Positions 19,408 through 30,200 of a stretch of DNA of 64,000 bases are shown here, one piece after another (positions within the stretch are counted from its first letter, which is position 1; each line of letters opens with the position of its first letter). Made by a program: the position numbers and the translations under genes. This DNA comes from an uncultured Erysipelotrichaceae bacterium (lineage in GTDB: Bacteria > Bacillota_I > Bacilli_A > RFN20 > CAG-826), in assembly GCA_902797855.1 (NCBI GenBank), contig CADBUI010000027.1, positions 42,639 through 106,638 on the forward strand, in the 5' to 3' direction. Below the pieces are notes generated by a model. The model worked only from the letters and a program-made list of their open reading frames with translations. It did no database searches and was not told the origin of the DNA.

Positions 19408-20187
19408 CTATTTCCCTTCGTAAAATTTCTTATATAGTAAGTTAACACCTTTAAGCACTAAATCAGCATCAAAGACAAAGTCTTTAAGTGAAGGATAGAT
19501 AACATTAGAGAATCCTCCTGTAAGGATATAAGTAAGCGAACTATCAAACATTGATTTAACAAATTCACTTACACCTTTAATTCCTCCAACCGTGCCATAA
19601 TATATGCCACTTTCCATGGCCTCCAAGGTATTTTTACCTAAATATCTTTTAGGCTTATTAAATTCTTTTAAGTTAGGAAGTAAGGCTGTTTTATCACTAA
19701 GTGAATCTAAACAAGCTTCAATTCCTGGATAGAAGGTTGTACCAATAAAGACACCTTTTTCATCTAAAACAATATATTTAGTGACTGTTCCTAAATCCAC
19801 TACTAAAGCTGGACAAGAATAATACTCTTTAGCGGCCACTATATCCGCTAAGATATCCCCTCCAACTTCACTAGGATTATCAATATCCATTTCAATAAAA
19901 GAATTAATTTTGTTATCTAAAATAGGAATCTCAAGCGAGATTACACTATTAATAGCGATTTGAATAAGTCTAGATAAATGAGGAACAACTGAAGAGATTA
20001 GTCCCCCTTTAAAAGAGTCATAACTAATTTTAGATTCAGTTAAGACTTTCTTAACGTAGTTAATAAATCCTTCAATTTCGACGTTATGAGAAGAGTAATC
20101 TCCTCTAGTGAGGAGTTTATCATCATTAAAAATTCCAAATGAAATTTGGGTGTTTCCGATATCAATGATAAAAACGTTATTATTCAT
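19408..20187 (-). CDS. coaX: type III pantothenate kinase
   Basis: IDIGNTQISFG N-terminus and LTGGFS motif; 259 aa. Confidence 0.85.
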   Translation of the reverse strand: MNNNVFIIDIGNTQISFGIFNDDKLLTRGDYSSHNVEIEGFINYVKKVLTESKISYDSFKGGLISSVVPHLSRLIQIAINSVISLEIPILDNKINSFIEMDIDNPSEVGGDILADIVAAKEYYSCPALVVDLGTVTKYIVLDEKGVFIGTTFYPGIEACLDSLSDKTALLPNLKEFNKPKRYLGKNTLEAMESGIYYGTVGGIKGVSEFVKSMFDSSLTYILTGGFSNVIYPSLKDFVFDADLVLKGVNLLYKKFYEGK

Positions 20188-22590
20188 TTATCCTACAACA
20201 ATATTTACAATCTTATTTTTAACGATGATGACTTTACGAATTTGTTTACCTTCAATATGTTTTTGAATATTTTCAAGTTTAAGCGCCTCTTCTTTAAGTT
20301 CATCATCACTAGCATCAACCTTCATGGTCATTGTCGCACGAAGTTTTCCGTTTACGCTTACAGCGATATTAACTTCGTTTTTAACAAGTTTTGACTCATC
20401 GTAGGTTGGCCAAGTTTCATAATCAATAGGAGCTTTATGAGTGAAAAGTTCATAAAGTTCTTCGCCCACAAATGGACAGATACAAGAGAACATCTTGATG
20501 AAATTCTCTAAATATGGACGATATAAGGAGTTAGCTTTATAAATAGCGTTAACAAATATCATCATCTGCGCAATTGCAGTGTTAATTTGAAGTGCTTCAA
20601 AATCATGAGTGACTTTCTTAACAGTTTGATGATAAATTAAATCAAGTTCACCACTATTTGTGTCACTAACTTTCTTAAGCATCTCTTCTTCAGTGTATAT
20701 TCTATACACTCTTTCAATAAATTTTCTGGATGCGATAAGTCCATTCGTAGACCATGGGAAGCTTTCTTCTAAAGGTCCGGCAAACATCTCAAATAGTCTA
20801 AGAGCGTCTGCACCATATTCATTAACTACATCATCTGGGTTAACAACATTGCCTCTAGATTTAGACATCTTCTCACCATTTTCACCTAAGACCATTCCTT
20901 GATGGAAAAGTCTCTTAAATGGTTCATCAACTGGAGAAAGCTTCTTATCAAAAAGGAATTTTGTCCAGAAGCGAGAATATAATAAGTGACCAACAGCGTG
21001 TTCAGGGCCACCTAAATATAAATCCACTGGCATCCAGTGTTTAAGTAAATTATAATCAGCGAAAACTTTGTCATTTTTTGGATCAATATATCTAAAGAAA
21101 TACCAGCTACTACCAGCGCTTCCTGGCATGGTGTTAGTTTCTCTTTTTCCAACGATACCATTATGGTTATAGTTCACCCAATCAGTCGCTTTATTTAGTG
21201 GAGCACTTCCATCTTTACATCTTCCATAATCATCAAGTTTAGGAAGAATTAAAGGAAGTTCTTCATCACTAAGAGGAACAATTTCGTCTCCAACAAAGAC
21301 AACAGGGATAGGTTCGCCCCAATATCTTTGACGAGCAAAAACCCATTCTCTCATCTTATAATTGACTTTTCTTTGACCAATTCCTTTCTTAGAAAGGAAA
21401 TCAATCATTGTGTTTATAGCGTCTTCTTTATTTAATCCATTTAAGAAACCTGAATTAATATGCACTCCATCACCAGTGAAGGCTTCTTTAGAGATGTCTC
21501 CGCCTTCTAAGACTGGAATGATTTCAATTCCAAATTTCTTTGCGAATTCATAGTCACGGCTGTCGTGAGCAGGTACAGCCATAATTGCACCTGTTCCATA
21601 AGTCGCTAAAACATAATCGCTTATATAAATTGGGATGCGCTTATTATTAACTGGGTTAATAGCGTATGCTCCAATAAAACAACCAGTTTTCTCTTTATTT
21701 GTATCAGTTCTTTCTAGATCTGATTTCTTACTAGCGTATTCTTGATATGCTTTAACTTCGTTAAGTTTATCTTTTGAAGCAATTTTATTCACTAATTTAT
21801 GTTCTGGAGACATAACGCAGTATGTTGCTCCAAAAAGAGTATCTGCACGAGTTGTAAATACTTCAAATGATTCACTAGTGCCATCAACTTTAAAAATGAT
21901 TGAGGCACCGATAGATTTACCAATCCAGTTTCTTTGAATCTCTTTAGTGGATTCTGGCCAATCAAGTTTATCTAAATCCGAAAGCAAACGTTCAGCGTAT
22001 TTAGGAATATCAAGCACCCATTGCTTCATATTCTTTCTAATAACTGGATAGCCACCTCTTTCAGATTTTCCATCAATAACTTCATCGTTTGCTAAAACAG
22101 TGCCGAGTTCTTCACACCAGTTAACTGGCATGTCCACTATTTTAGCAAGACCTTCTAAAAGAAGTTGTTTAAAAATCCATTGGGTCCATTTATAAAATGA
22201 TGGGTCGCAAGTTGAAACCTCTTTTGACCAGTCAAAAGAAAATCCAAGCATATTGAGTTGACGCTTGAAATTTTCAATATTTTTTAAAGTGAAACCTTCA
22301 GGATGATTTCCTGTTTTAATAGCGTATTGTTCGGCTGGTAGACCAAAGGAGTCAAATCCCATTGGATGAAGGACATTATATCCTTGCATTCTTTTCATTC
22401 TAGAGACAATATCACTAGCGGTATATCCTTCAGGGTGACCAACGTGTAAACCTTGTCCACTAGGATAAGGGAACATATCTAAAGCGTAGAATTTAGGTTT
22501 ACTAAAATCTGATGTATCACAATAAAAGACATTATGAGAAGCATAATAATTTCTCCACTTCTCTTCAATTAATTTGTGGTTATAACTCAT
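20188..22590 (-). CDS. leuS: leucyl-tRNA synthetase
   Basis: 800 aa with HIGH ([16 protein letters not shown]) and KMSKS (KMSKSRGN) motifs. No T-box leader; its start overlaps the glgA stop. Confidence 0.95.
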   Translation of the reverse strand: MSYNHKLIEEKWRNYYASHNVFYCDTSDFSKPKFYALDMFPYPSGQGLHVGHPEGYTASDIVSRMKRMQGYNVLHPMGFDSFGLPAEQYAIKTGNHPEGFTLKNIENFKRQLNMLGFSFDWSKEVSTCDPSFYKWTQWIFKQLLLEGLAKIVDMPVNWCEELGTVLANDEVIDGKSERGGYPVIRKNMKQWVLDIPKYAERLLSDLDKLDWPESTKEIQRNWIGKSIGASIIFKVDGTSESFEVFTTRADTLFGATYCVMSPEHKLVNKIASKDKLNEVKAYQEYASKKSDLERTDTNKEKTGCFIGAYAINPVNNKRIPIYISDYVLATYGTGAIMAVPAHDSRDYEFAKKFGIEIIPVLEGGDISKEAFTGDGVHINSGFLNGLNKEDAINTMIDFLSKKGIGQRKVNYKMREWVFARQRYWGEPIPVVFVGDEIVPLSDEELPLILPKLDDYGRCKDGSAPLNKATDWVNYNHNGIVGKRETNTMPGSAGSSWYFFRYIDPKNDKVFADYNLLKHWMPVDLYLGGPEHAVGHLLYSRFWTKFLFDKKLSPVDEPFKRLFHQGMVLGENGEKMSKSRGNVVNPDDVVNEYGADALRLFEMFAGPLEESFPWSTNGLIASRKFIERVYRIYTEEEMLKKVSDTNSGELDLIYHQTVKKVTHDFEALQINTAIAQMMIFVNAIYKANSLYRPYLENFIKMFSCICPFVGEELYELFTHKAPIDYETWPTYDESKLVKNEVNIAVSVNGKLRATMTMKVDASDDELKEEALKLENIQKHIEGKQIRKVIIVKNKIVNIVVG

Positions 22591-24023
22591 CTATTCGCCA
22601 CCTCTTTATATATCTTTAAATAACTCTTTTCAGATTTCTTCCAAGATAAATCTAAACTAAGAGCGTTTTTCACAAGTTTATGATAGGTAGATTTATCCTT
22701 AAACACCCTAAGGGTGTGATCAATAGTGCCACCAAGAGCGAAGCCATTATAATCATAAAAACTAAATCCGTTAGCGATATCAAGATTATTATCATTATAT
22801 CCTATAACGGTATCAGCTAGTCCACCGGTTACTCTGACAATTGGGAGCGCTCCATATCTTTGAGCGATTAATTGACCAATTCCGCATGGTTCAAAAAGTG
22901 AAGGCATGAGGAAAAAGTCACTACCCGCGTATACTTTGTGGGCGATAGCGTCATTATAGCCAATATAGATTCCAACTCTATCAGGGAAATGGTCTCTAAA
23001 TGATTGGAAGGAATGTTCTAGTTCTTTTTCTCCACTTCCAAGGATTGCTAAAGCTCCACCATTACCGATGATGTGTTCAACATTTTGAAGAACTAAATCA
23101 ATACCTTTTTGCCAGGTAAGTCTACTAACTAGACCATAAACTGGGCCTTTAAAGTTATTTGGAAGTCCTAAAGTTTCTAATAAAACTTTCTTATTTTCTG
23201 CTTTTGCTTTTATAAAAGCAGATTTTGAATATTGTTTAGCGATTTTTGTGTCAGTCTCTGGATTAAATTCAATAACATCAATTCCATTAACAACACCGCT
23301 AAAATCATCTTTACGAAGTTCTAAATCGTAATTAAATCTAAATTCACTACTAGGATCTAATAATTCATTTCTATGAGTTGGGGAAACAGTTGTGATTTTA
23401 TCTGCGTAGCTAATTCCAGCTTTTAAGGTTGAGACTTGTTCATCAAATTTCACTCGACCTATATCATAGATATAATCACTTAGACCAAAATAGTTTCCAA
23501 GGAAATATTTGTCCATATAGCCTTTGAAGGCTGGGTTATGAATTGTTAAGACTGTTTTAACTCCACTAAAGAAGTTATCGCAGTTATATTTTTCTTTAAG
23601 TAAACAAGGAATGATTGCAGCTTGCCAATCGTGAACGTGAATGATGTCTGCTTTAAAGTTTACATAACGAAGAACTTCAAGACTTGCTAAAGCAAAATAG
23701 GCAAATCTTTCATTATCGTCATTATATCCATAAAGTTCATCGCGGTTAAAATACATCTCGTTATCCACTAAATAATATTTAATTCCATCGATACGTAGTT
23801 CAAAAACACCGACATATTGATGTCTCCAAGACATATCGATAAAGAAATATCCCAAATATTTTGGATTTAAGCCTTTATCTTTAATTCTTTTATAGAAAGG
23901 AAGAACAATAATAGCTTCCTCTTTATCTTTATTTAGTTCACGAGATAACGAATAAGTAACATCAGCGAGACCACCACTTTTCACAAGTGGATTAGCTTCG
24001 CTAGCAATCATAGCAATTTTCAT
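22587..24023 (-). CDS. glgA: glycogen synthase
   Basis: [22 protein letters not shown] signature. Confidence 0.9.
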   Translation of the reverse strand: MKIAMIASEANPLVKSGGLADVTYSLSRELNKDKEEAIIVLPFYKRIKDKGLNPKYLGYFFIDMSWRHQYVGVFELRIDGIKYYLVDNEMYFNRDELYGYNDDNERFAYFALASLEVLRYVNFKADIIHVHDWQAAIIPCLLKEKYNCDNFFSGVKTVLTIHNPAFKGYMDKYFLGNYFGLSDYIYDIGRVKFDEQVSTLKAGISYADKITTVSPTHRNELLDPSSEFRFNYDLELRKDDFSGVVNGIDVIEFNPETDTKIAKQYSKSAFIKAKAENKKVLLETLGLPNNFKGPVYGLVSRLTWQKGIDLVLQNVEHIIGNGGALAILGSGEKELEHSFQSFRDHFPDRVGIYIGYNDAIAHKVYAGSDFFLMPSLFEPCGIGQLIAQRYGALPIVRVTGGLADTVIGYNDNNLDIANGFSFYDYNGFALGGTIDHTLRVFKDKSTYHKLVKNALSLDLSWKKSEKSYLKIYKEVANR

Positions 24024-25141
24024 TTAATAATTTTTCCTTGAGAAATATATAGTAAATCTTCTTTATGACCGAGAAGTTCGGCACCATCACGGACTTTGAC
24101 AAGTTTATCTAAGACCGCATTTTCAACGTGAGCGTTTTCTCCGATAACAGTGTTTGCTAAAACAATTGAGTTTTTCACTACTGCACCTTTACCGATTTTA
24201 GCGCTTCTTGAAATGATGGAATTTTCAACATGACCATCAACAAAGGCTCCATTAGCGATATAGCAATTTTTAACGCTTGAATGGATTCCATAAGTTGTTG
24301 GTGGGGTGTTATGAGAAACAGTGTAGGCTGTCCAATCATTATCGAATAAGACAGTCGCATTTTTATAGTTAAGTAATTCGAATGAATATTCACAGAAATG
24401 CTTAAATGAATCAATGCATCGAGCATAACCTTTATATTCATAGGCAAATACTTTAGTTGTTTTACTTCTAGCAAGTTTAACGACTGTGCGTTTTAATGAT
24501 AATTCTCTACTTTCTCCACGAGCGTGTATAAGCTTAGTGAGTAACGCTCTAGAGATGACATATGTTTCTAGTGAAACATTGACTTTCTTATTTTCTCCAG
24601 TGTTCTTGCTCACTTTAGTGACTCGACCGGATTTATCAACTTCTAATGTATTAGAGTAATTGAATGCTTTATCAGCATCGCTAATCTTTTTATAAACAAC
24701 AGTAACGTCAGCTCCACTAGATAGATGGAAATCAATGACTGGACGTAGATCCATTGTGGTAATAATATGAGCAGGTTGAACAACAATTAAATCTGGATTA
24801 GATTCATAAAGTAACCACTCATTTTCTAAGATATTATTTAAGTCGGTATTGTATTCTTTTTTAGCAATACCTTTTTCGTTTAACAAAATATTTTGACGAG
24901 CAATCTTAGTGTTATTAACCCATGTTTTAAGTGAACCAACATGTTTAGATACACTTCTAAAGTTATCTTTAACCAAGATAGAGAATTCATCAATTCCACT
25001 ATTAGTGAAATTACTTAACGCAAAGTCCATAATTGCAAATCTTCCAAGGAAGGAAGTTGAACCGAGAGTTCTATGTTCAGTAAGAGGACCTAAATTAGGT
25101 GAGGAATATAAATTAAGTAAACCAAGTATTCTTTTAGCCAT
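24020..25141 (-). CDS. glgD: glucose-1-phosphate adenylyltransferase regulatory subunit GlgD
   Basis: NTP-transferase fold homologous to GlgC but lacking the catalytic Gly-rich loop, with a C-terminal left-handed beta-helix. Confidence 0.8.
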   Translation of the reverse strand: MAKRILGLLNLYSSPNLGPLTEHRTLGSTSFLGRFAIMDFALSNFTNSGIDEFSILVKDNFRSVSKHVGSLKTWVNNTKIARQNILLNEKGIAKKEYNTDLNNILENEWLLYESNPDLIVVQPAHIITTMDLRPVIDFHLSSGADVTVVYKKISDADKAFNYSNTLEVDKSGRVTKVSKNTGENKKVNVSLETYVISRALLTKLIHARGESRELSLKRTVVKLARSKTTKVFAYEYKGYARCIDSFKHFCEYSFELLNYKNATVLFDNDWTAYTVSHNTPPTTYGIHSSVKNCYIANGAFVDGHVENSIISRSAKIGKGAVVKNSIVLANTVIGENAHVENAVLDKLVKVRDGAELLGHKEDLLYISQGKIIK

Positions 25142-25142
25142 C

Positions 25143-26273
25143 TTAATTCACCTTCTTTCCGGAGATTAATTCAATCTTATCTCCCTTTGGATCAATCTTT
25201 ACGTTTTCTCCAACGTATGCTTCTGGAGCAAGTAAACAATTATTGATTTTCGCTCCTTTACATACGTGAGCGCCTGTCATAAGGACAGAGTTTTTAACGA
25301 CTGCTCCTTCTTCAACGACAACTTCGTTAGAAATAACGGAGTGATCAACTTTACCAAGGATAACAGCGCCTTGGTTAATAAGCGAATCCTTTACTTCGGC
25401 TTTCTTACCGATATATTGAGGATGAGAATATGTATCTTCTGAATAAAGTCTATTTCCATTCATAATCTTTTCAAGATTAGTGTCATTTCCGGATTGGAGT
25501 AAATCCATATTTGCTTCATGAAGAGAGGCAACTGTACCAACATCTTTCCAATATCCTTCAAAGACATAAGACATAAGTTTCTTACCTTCTTTAAGCATGG
25601 TTGGGATGATATCTTTACCAAAGTCATGAGATGAATCAGCTTTAGCAGCATCTTCAATAAGAGCTTTTCTAAGAGTCTTATATGTGAAGATATAAATACC
25701 CATCGAAGCAAGATTAGAAATTGGATGAGCAGGTTTTTCTTGGAATTCAGTGATTTGACCTTTTTCATCAGTGACAAGAATTCCAAATCTTGATGCTTCC
25801 TTCATTGGAACTTGATAGACGCTTATTGTACAATCAGCTTTATTCTTCTTATGTTGCTTAAGCATTTCATCATATGTAGTGCAATAAATGTGATCACCAG
25901 AAAGAATCAAAACATATTCAGGATCAACACTATCAAGGAAATCGATGTTAGCGTAGATAGCATCAGCAGTGCCTTTATACCAAGATAGACCTTGTTCAGT
26001 TTGACGTGGCGCGAGTGTACTTGTGATAGAACGTACACCATTAAGCCCCCACTTTTCACCGTTTCCAACGTATTGGTCTAAGACAACAGATTCGTATTGC
26101 ATTAAGACACCAACAGTGTGGATACCTGAGTTAGCGCAGTTAGAAAGTGGAAAATCGATGATACGATATTTTGCACCAAAACTGACGGCAGGTTTTGCAA
26201 TTTTTTTGGTTAATGCTTCTAGTCTAGTGCCTTTTCCACCAGCGAGAATCATTGCAACCATCTTTTCAGACAT
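25143..26273 (-). CDS. glgC: glucose-1-phosphate adenylyltransferase
   Basis: MILAGGKGTRLEALTKKIAKPAV... Confidence 0.9.
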   Translation of the reverse strand: MSEKMVAMILAGGKGTRLEALTKKIAKPAVSFGAKYRIIDFPLSNCANSGIHTVGVLMQYESVVLDQYVGNGEKWGLNGVRSITSTLAPRQTEQGLSWYKGTADAIYANIDFLDSVDPEYVLILSGDHIYCTTYDEMLKQHKKNKADCTISVYQVPMKEASRFGILVTDEKGQITEFQEKPAHPISNLASMGIYIFTYKTLRKALIEDAAKADSSHDFGKDIIPTMLKEGKKLMSYVFEGYWKDVGTVASLHEANMDLLQSGNDTNLEKIMNGNRLYSEDTYSHPQYIGKKAEVKDSLINQGAVILGKVDHSVISNEVVVEEGAVVKNSVLMTGAHVCKGAKINNCLLAPEAYVGENVKIDPKGDKIELISGKKVN

Positions 26274-26365
26274 ATCTCTTCCTCCTATTAATCGATGTTA
26301 AAAACACGATTATTCGTCAACTTATTGTAGCACATCCATTTTTTATATTAAATTTTAATTTAAAA

Positions 26366-26390
26366 AGAGCAGAAACTTAATTCTGCTCAA
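26366..26390 (-). terminator. terminator after the Rhs-cassette lipoprotein gene
   Basis: Minus strand GAGCAGAA-ttaagtt-TCTGCTC followed by TTTTT. Confidence 0.5.
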
Positions 26391-26399
26391 TAAGTGTAA

Positions 26400-27227
26400 T
26401 TACACAACTATTTCGTATGTTGGATCAGGAGGACCATAGTAAAAATAGTCGAAATCAACTAATGGCTCGAAATTTGATATTTTGGTTCCATCTTCCCATT
26501 GCAAATTAACTTTAATTAAGTTGTTTTCTTTAATGTTGCGAGTCTGTTCTTTCATAGAATCAATATATTCATCAACATCAAAAGTGTTGTAATCATAGTC
26601 AGTCAAATTATCTAACATATCCCAAAAACTTATCTGTAAATAGGGTAATTCAGGACAATCACGGAAATAACTAATTGAATCATTCCCACGAATCATAAAA
26701 TCGTGAGAAAATATGATATTAATTGAGAAATCATCTATGATATTGCTTATCAAGCCATTTTTTTCGCCATATCTCAGGCAAAAATTTGTGTACTTTAAAT
26801 GAGGTTCCTTATTCTCTCTGCGATCGTCTCTACTATTAGTACTATTTTTATAATCTGTTCTTCTTTGAAACTCACGACCAGTATATGACATGTATGGAGC
26901 CGAATTGGTAAAATATGGTGCGTTAAAATAAAAATTATTTGTTGCCGAGTTATATGGTATATGAATTACCAAACTATTATCTTTGCCAAATTCAAATGTA
27001 TCAGGCAATTGATAGGAATCTAAAATGTTTGTTTCAACACTACCTTCATAAAAACCAGTAATACTTTCGTAGACTTCATATTTAACGTATTGATACCTAA
27101 TGTTTGTGTTTTGATCAAAAAAAATTATTTCCTTAATATTTTCCATACCGGAACTATGACACGAATTCAATAAAATAACTGGAAGAATTGAACTAAATAC
27201 CGCGATTTTCTTAATATTATTTTTCAT
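26400..27227 (-). CDS. exported lipoprotein; candidate cognate immunity protein of the Rhs toxin
   Basis: Signal peptide plus lipobox LLNSC. Its start overlaps the Rhs stop (ATGA). No homology recognised. Confidence 0.55.
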   Translation of the reverse strand: MKNNIKKIAVFSSILPVILLNSCHSSGMENIKEIIFFDQNTNIRYQYVKYEVYESITGFYEGSVETNILDSYQLPDTFEFGKDNSLVIHIPYNSATNNFYFNAPYFTNSAPYMSYTGREFQRRTDYKNSTNSRDDRRENKEPHLKYTNFCLRYGEKNGLISNIIDDFSINIIFSHDFMIRGNDSISYFRDCPELPYLQISFWDMLDNLTDYDYNTFDVDEYIDSMKEQTRNIKENNLIKVNLQWEDGTKISNFEPLVDFDYFYYGPPDPTYEIVV

Positions 27228-30200
27228 ATACTCTTCCTCTTAATTATAAAGCCACAAATAAATTTTCGACCAACTTCATTTACTAAATCCACATTCCATC
27301 TATTCGAAAGGCTCGAAAAATATTTAGTCGTCTCGTTCGGAAACATGTACCCATTAAGTTCATAAAACATCGAATTAGAAATATCGCTAATCGGTATTAT
27401 CATAGTAGTATGACTTGTCAAACTAGGAATATTTGTTGAATTAGGAATAAATCCATTTATATATGTCGAAATTATAGCGCAATCCATTGAAAATTCGCCA
27501 TAGTCAGATATCAAATCCTCTACACTAGTTCTTATTGGACCAACTTCTATCTCGTCATATTTTGTGAGCATCTCGTGAATGTGGGTTGGGAAAGCGCCAA
27601 GCTGACCAAATAATAGAGATTTCTTTTCGCATTCAGCGATTAAATTAGGGAATAACAAATCATCTTCTTCGGCGGTGAAATGTCTAAGAGCTGGAAGATT
27701 ACAGAATAAAAGGGCATTATATGAAGTGATTATTGTGCAACCAGCTTTGTTGATATTTTTTGAACCAAACTTTAATGATTCTGCCTCGGTTTTCGCCTGA
27801 TTATTGAAATATGCTGTAGATGTAGTGTCTCCAGAGATTGTTGTCAATAAAGTATCTTTTAATCGTGGGTTTTGTGTCCAAACCTCTACATTATGTTCAT
27901 AGTTTGATTTAGAAATTGATAAAATAACATACTCTAGTGGGCTTATATAGCAAGTCCACCAACCAACATTATCTATATTAAACAAATTAGCATTAAGCAA
28001 CTCATTTGCGATAATATCGTGAACAACCATTAATTCATATAAATGATTGCCGGCAAAATGTGTAATAAATGAACCTATAGAATTCATGGTGTTTGTAGTT
28101 ATTTTTTTAATGTAGTCTATAATGTTCGAATTATTATTAGATACAAGTGTTGATAACAAAGGGGCACCTTGTGTTAATAAGGCAATACTGACTATTGGAT
28201 TGGTAATTATTGCAACTACAACAGTAACTGCAGTGACTACAGCGGTTAAACCAATCAAAAGCACATCCAAAATAGAGAATTTTCCACTTGGATCGCTTCT
28301 CATGATAGGATTGTTATTACAATATGAGAATAGGTTAAACTGAGCAGAATCTAATTTATCTTTGATAGTGTCATAGATATTATCTGGAGATATAAATCTT
28401 CTTAACAATGGCGAGTAATACCTATTGATTAAATAATATAATCCTGATTCAGAGTCATAATAATAACCCTTGTAGTAGAAATGGTTATAACCAGCAATGC
28501 TAGTTTCTTCATTTATAGAAACGAGCTTACCAAAGTCATCATAAGAATAAGAAGCAACAATTTGGCCAGATGAATCTATAATCTTTCTAATTATTCCTAA
28601 TATGTCTCGATAATAATAGTAATAATTTGACGAATTACTCTTATCTAATCTAAATCCAATTAGTTTATCGTTTTCGTCATAAAGATAAATGATTGTAGCG
28701 TCATTAGACTTTTCAACTAACAGGCGATTATCTTCATAGAAATAATTGATAACGTTGTTACCGTGTTGTTTTTTAATTCTACGATTTTGATAATCATATA
28801 AATAAGTATATGTTTCGTTATTCACTGATACTGCTGCTAGTTTATCGGCAAGCCAGGAAAGCTCTAAATCTCCAATCGAAGATGGATAAAGCGATTCGTC
28901 ATATGCATAAGTTAATTGGACATAATCTACATTATTCTTCTTAATTCCTATCAATTTATGACCGAAATGGGAATCGTAAATATAATCATAGATATTGCCA
29001 CTCGAATCGCTCACTTTTAAAATATTACCAAGAACATCATATTCATAAAGTGTTGGGTCTTGATTATTTAATTTAGATGAAACGAGTCTATCAAGATAAT
29101 CATATTCGTAATGAATTTCATCATTATTACAAGTAACGCAAGATACATTATTGTTCAAATCATAACCATATGATCTAGTTTCAATAGAACTTGTTTCGGA
29201 AAGAACCTTTGTCGAAGTTCTACCTTGGATAGGATTATTCTCGTTATCAAGTGGGGTAATATAGTTAAGTGATTTTGTAACACTACCGATGTTAGTAGAT
29301 ACGACTCTACCCATCGAGTCAATTTCTTTATAATTTGAGAATACTCGAATCGAAGAATTGGAAATTGCTTGATGATCAAGACAATAGATAAAATCCTTCA
29401 AGTATCCGTTTAAATAATCGGTGAAAACTGTATAACTAGAATTATTTGCAGTTGCACCCATAGATACATGATCTAAAGAATCGTTGAATGATAAGGAATC
29501 TATCAACGCATCATTAATATATATTTCTAGAGTTGAAGATAAACATTTCAACCTAAGAGAATACCAAGTGTTAATAGATGCATTAAAAGTAGTAGAAGTT
29601 ACGTTACCGTTGATATTAATTCTTAAATTACCATTATATAAATGAATGTTGAGTACACTACTAAAACTGGAGTCTGATAATGAAACAATAGTTTGATTAG
29701 ACCCGAATAACTTAGGAATAAAGAAATCAATTTTTAGATCAAAATCAGTAAACGGGTTAAATTGGTACACTAATCGACTCGTTTTCCCTAATAGCGAATA
29801 TTCATTTGAAAAAGATTTGTAAACGTGTCGCTTAAGTGAATTATCCCATAGGAAATCGTTTGGTTTATCAAACTTATCGTTTGTGATAGTTTCACCACAA
29901 ACAAGAGGAGAAATGTTTTTGCTAGAAATGTAGTTATCATCCAAAGACACATAATCGTAATCGTTATTTGACAAAGAAGATGATTTGACTCCCGAATAAG
30001 TGTGAATTAAATAAGGCTTAATTAAGTAATCGTATCCTTCATTATAGATTGATTTTATTTCAGTAGGAGAATAGGCATAACATCCAAAACTTAGATGAAG
30101 GATTTTTGTATAGGAAATAATCGGTGATCCAAAAGGAGTATTGAGTGGGCGAATAAAAGTTTCTGGACCAATCAGCAAATAATCAGCGTATTCAAAATAT

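Noticed and set aside
28122-28343. 73-aa plus-strand ORF with TM-like sequence (TTTVTAVTTAV) inside the Rhs gene
   Set aside because: It is the reverse complement of the hydrophobic segment of the Rhs C-terminal domain, so it is an antisense artefact.
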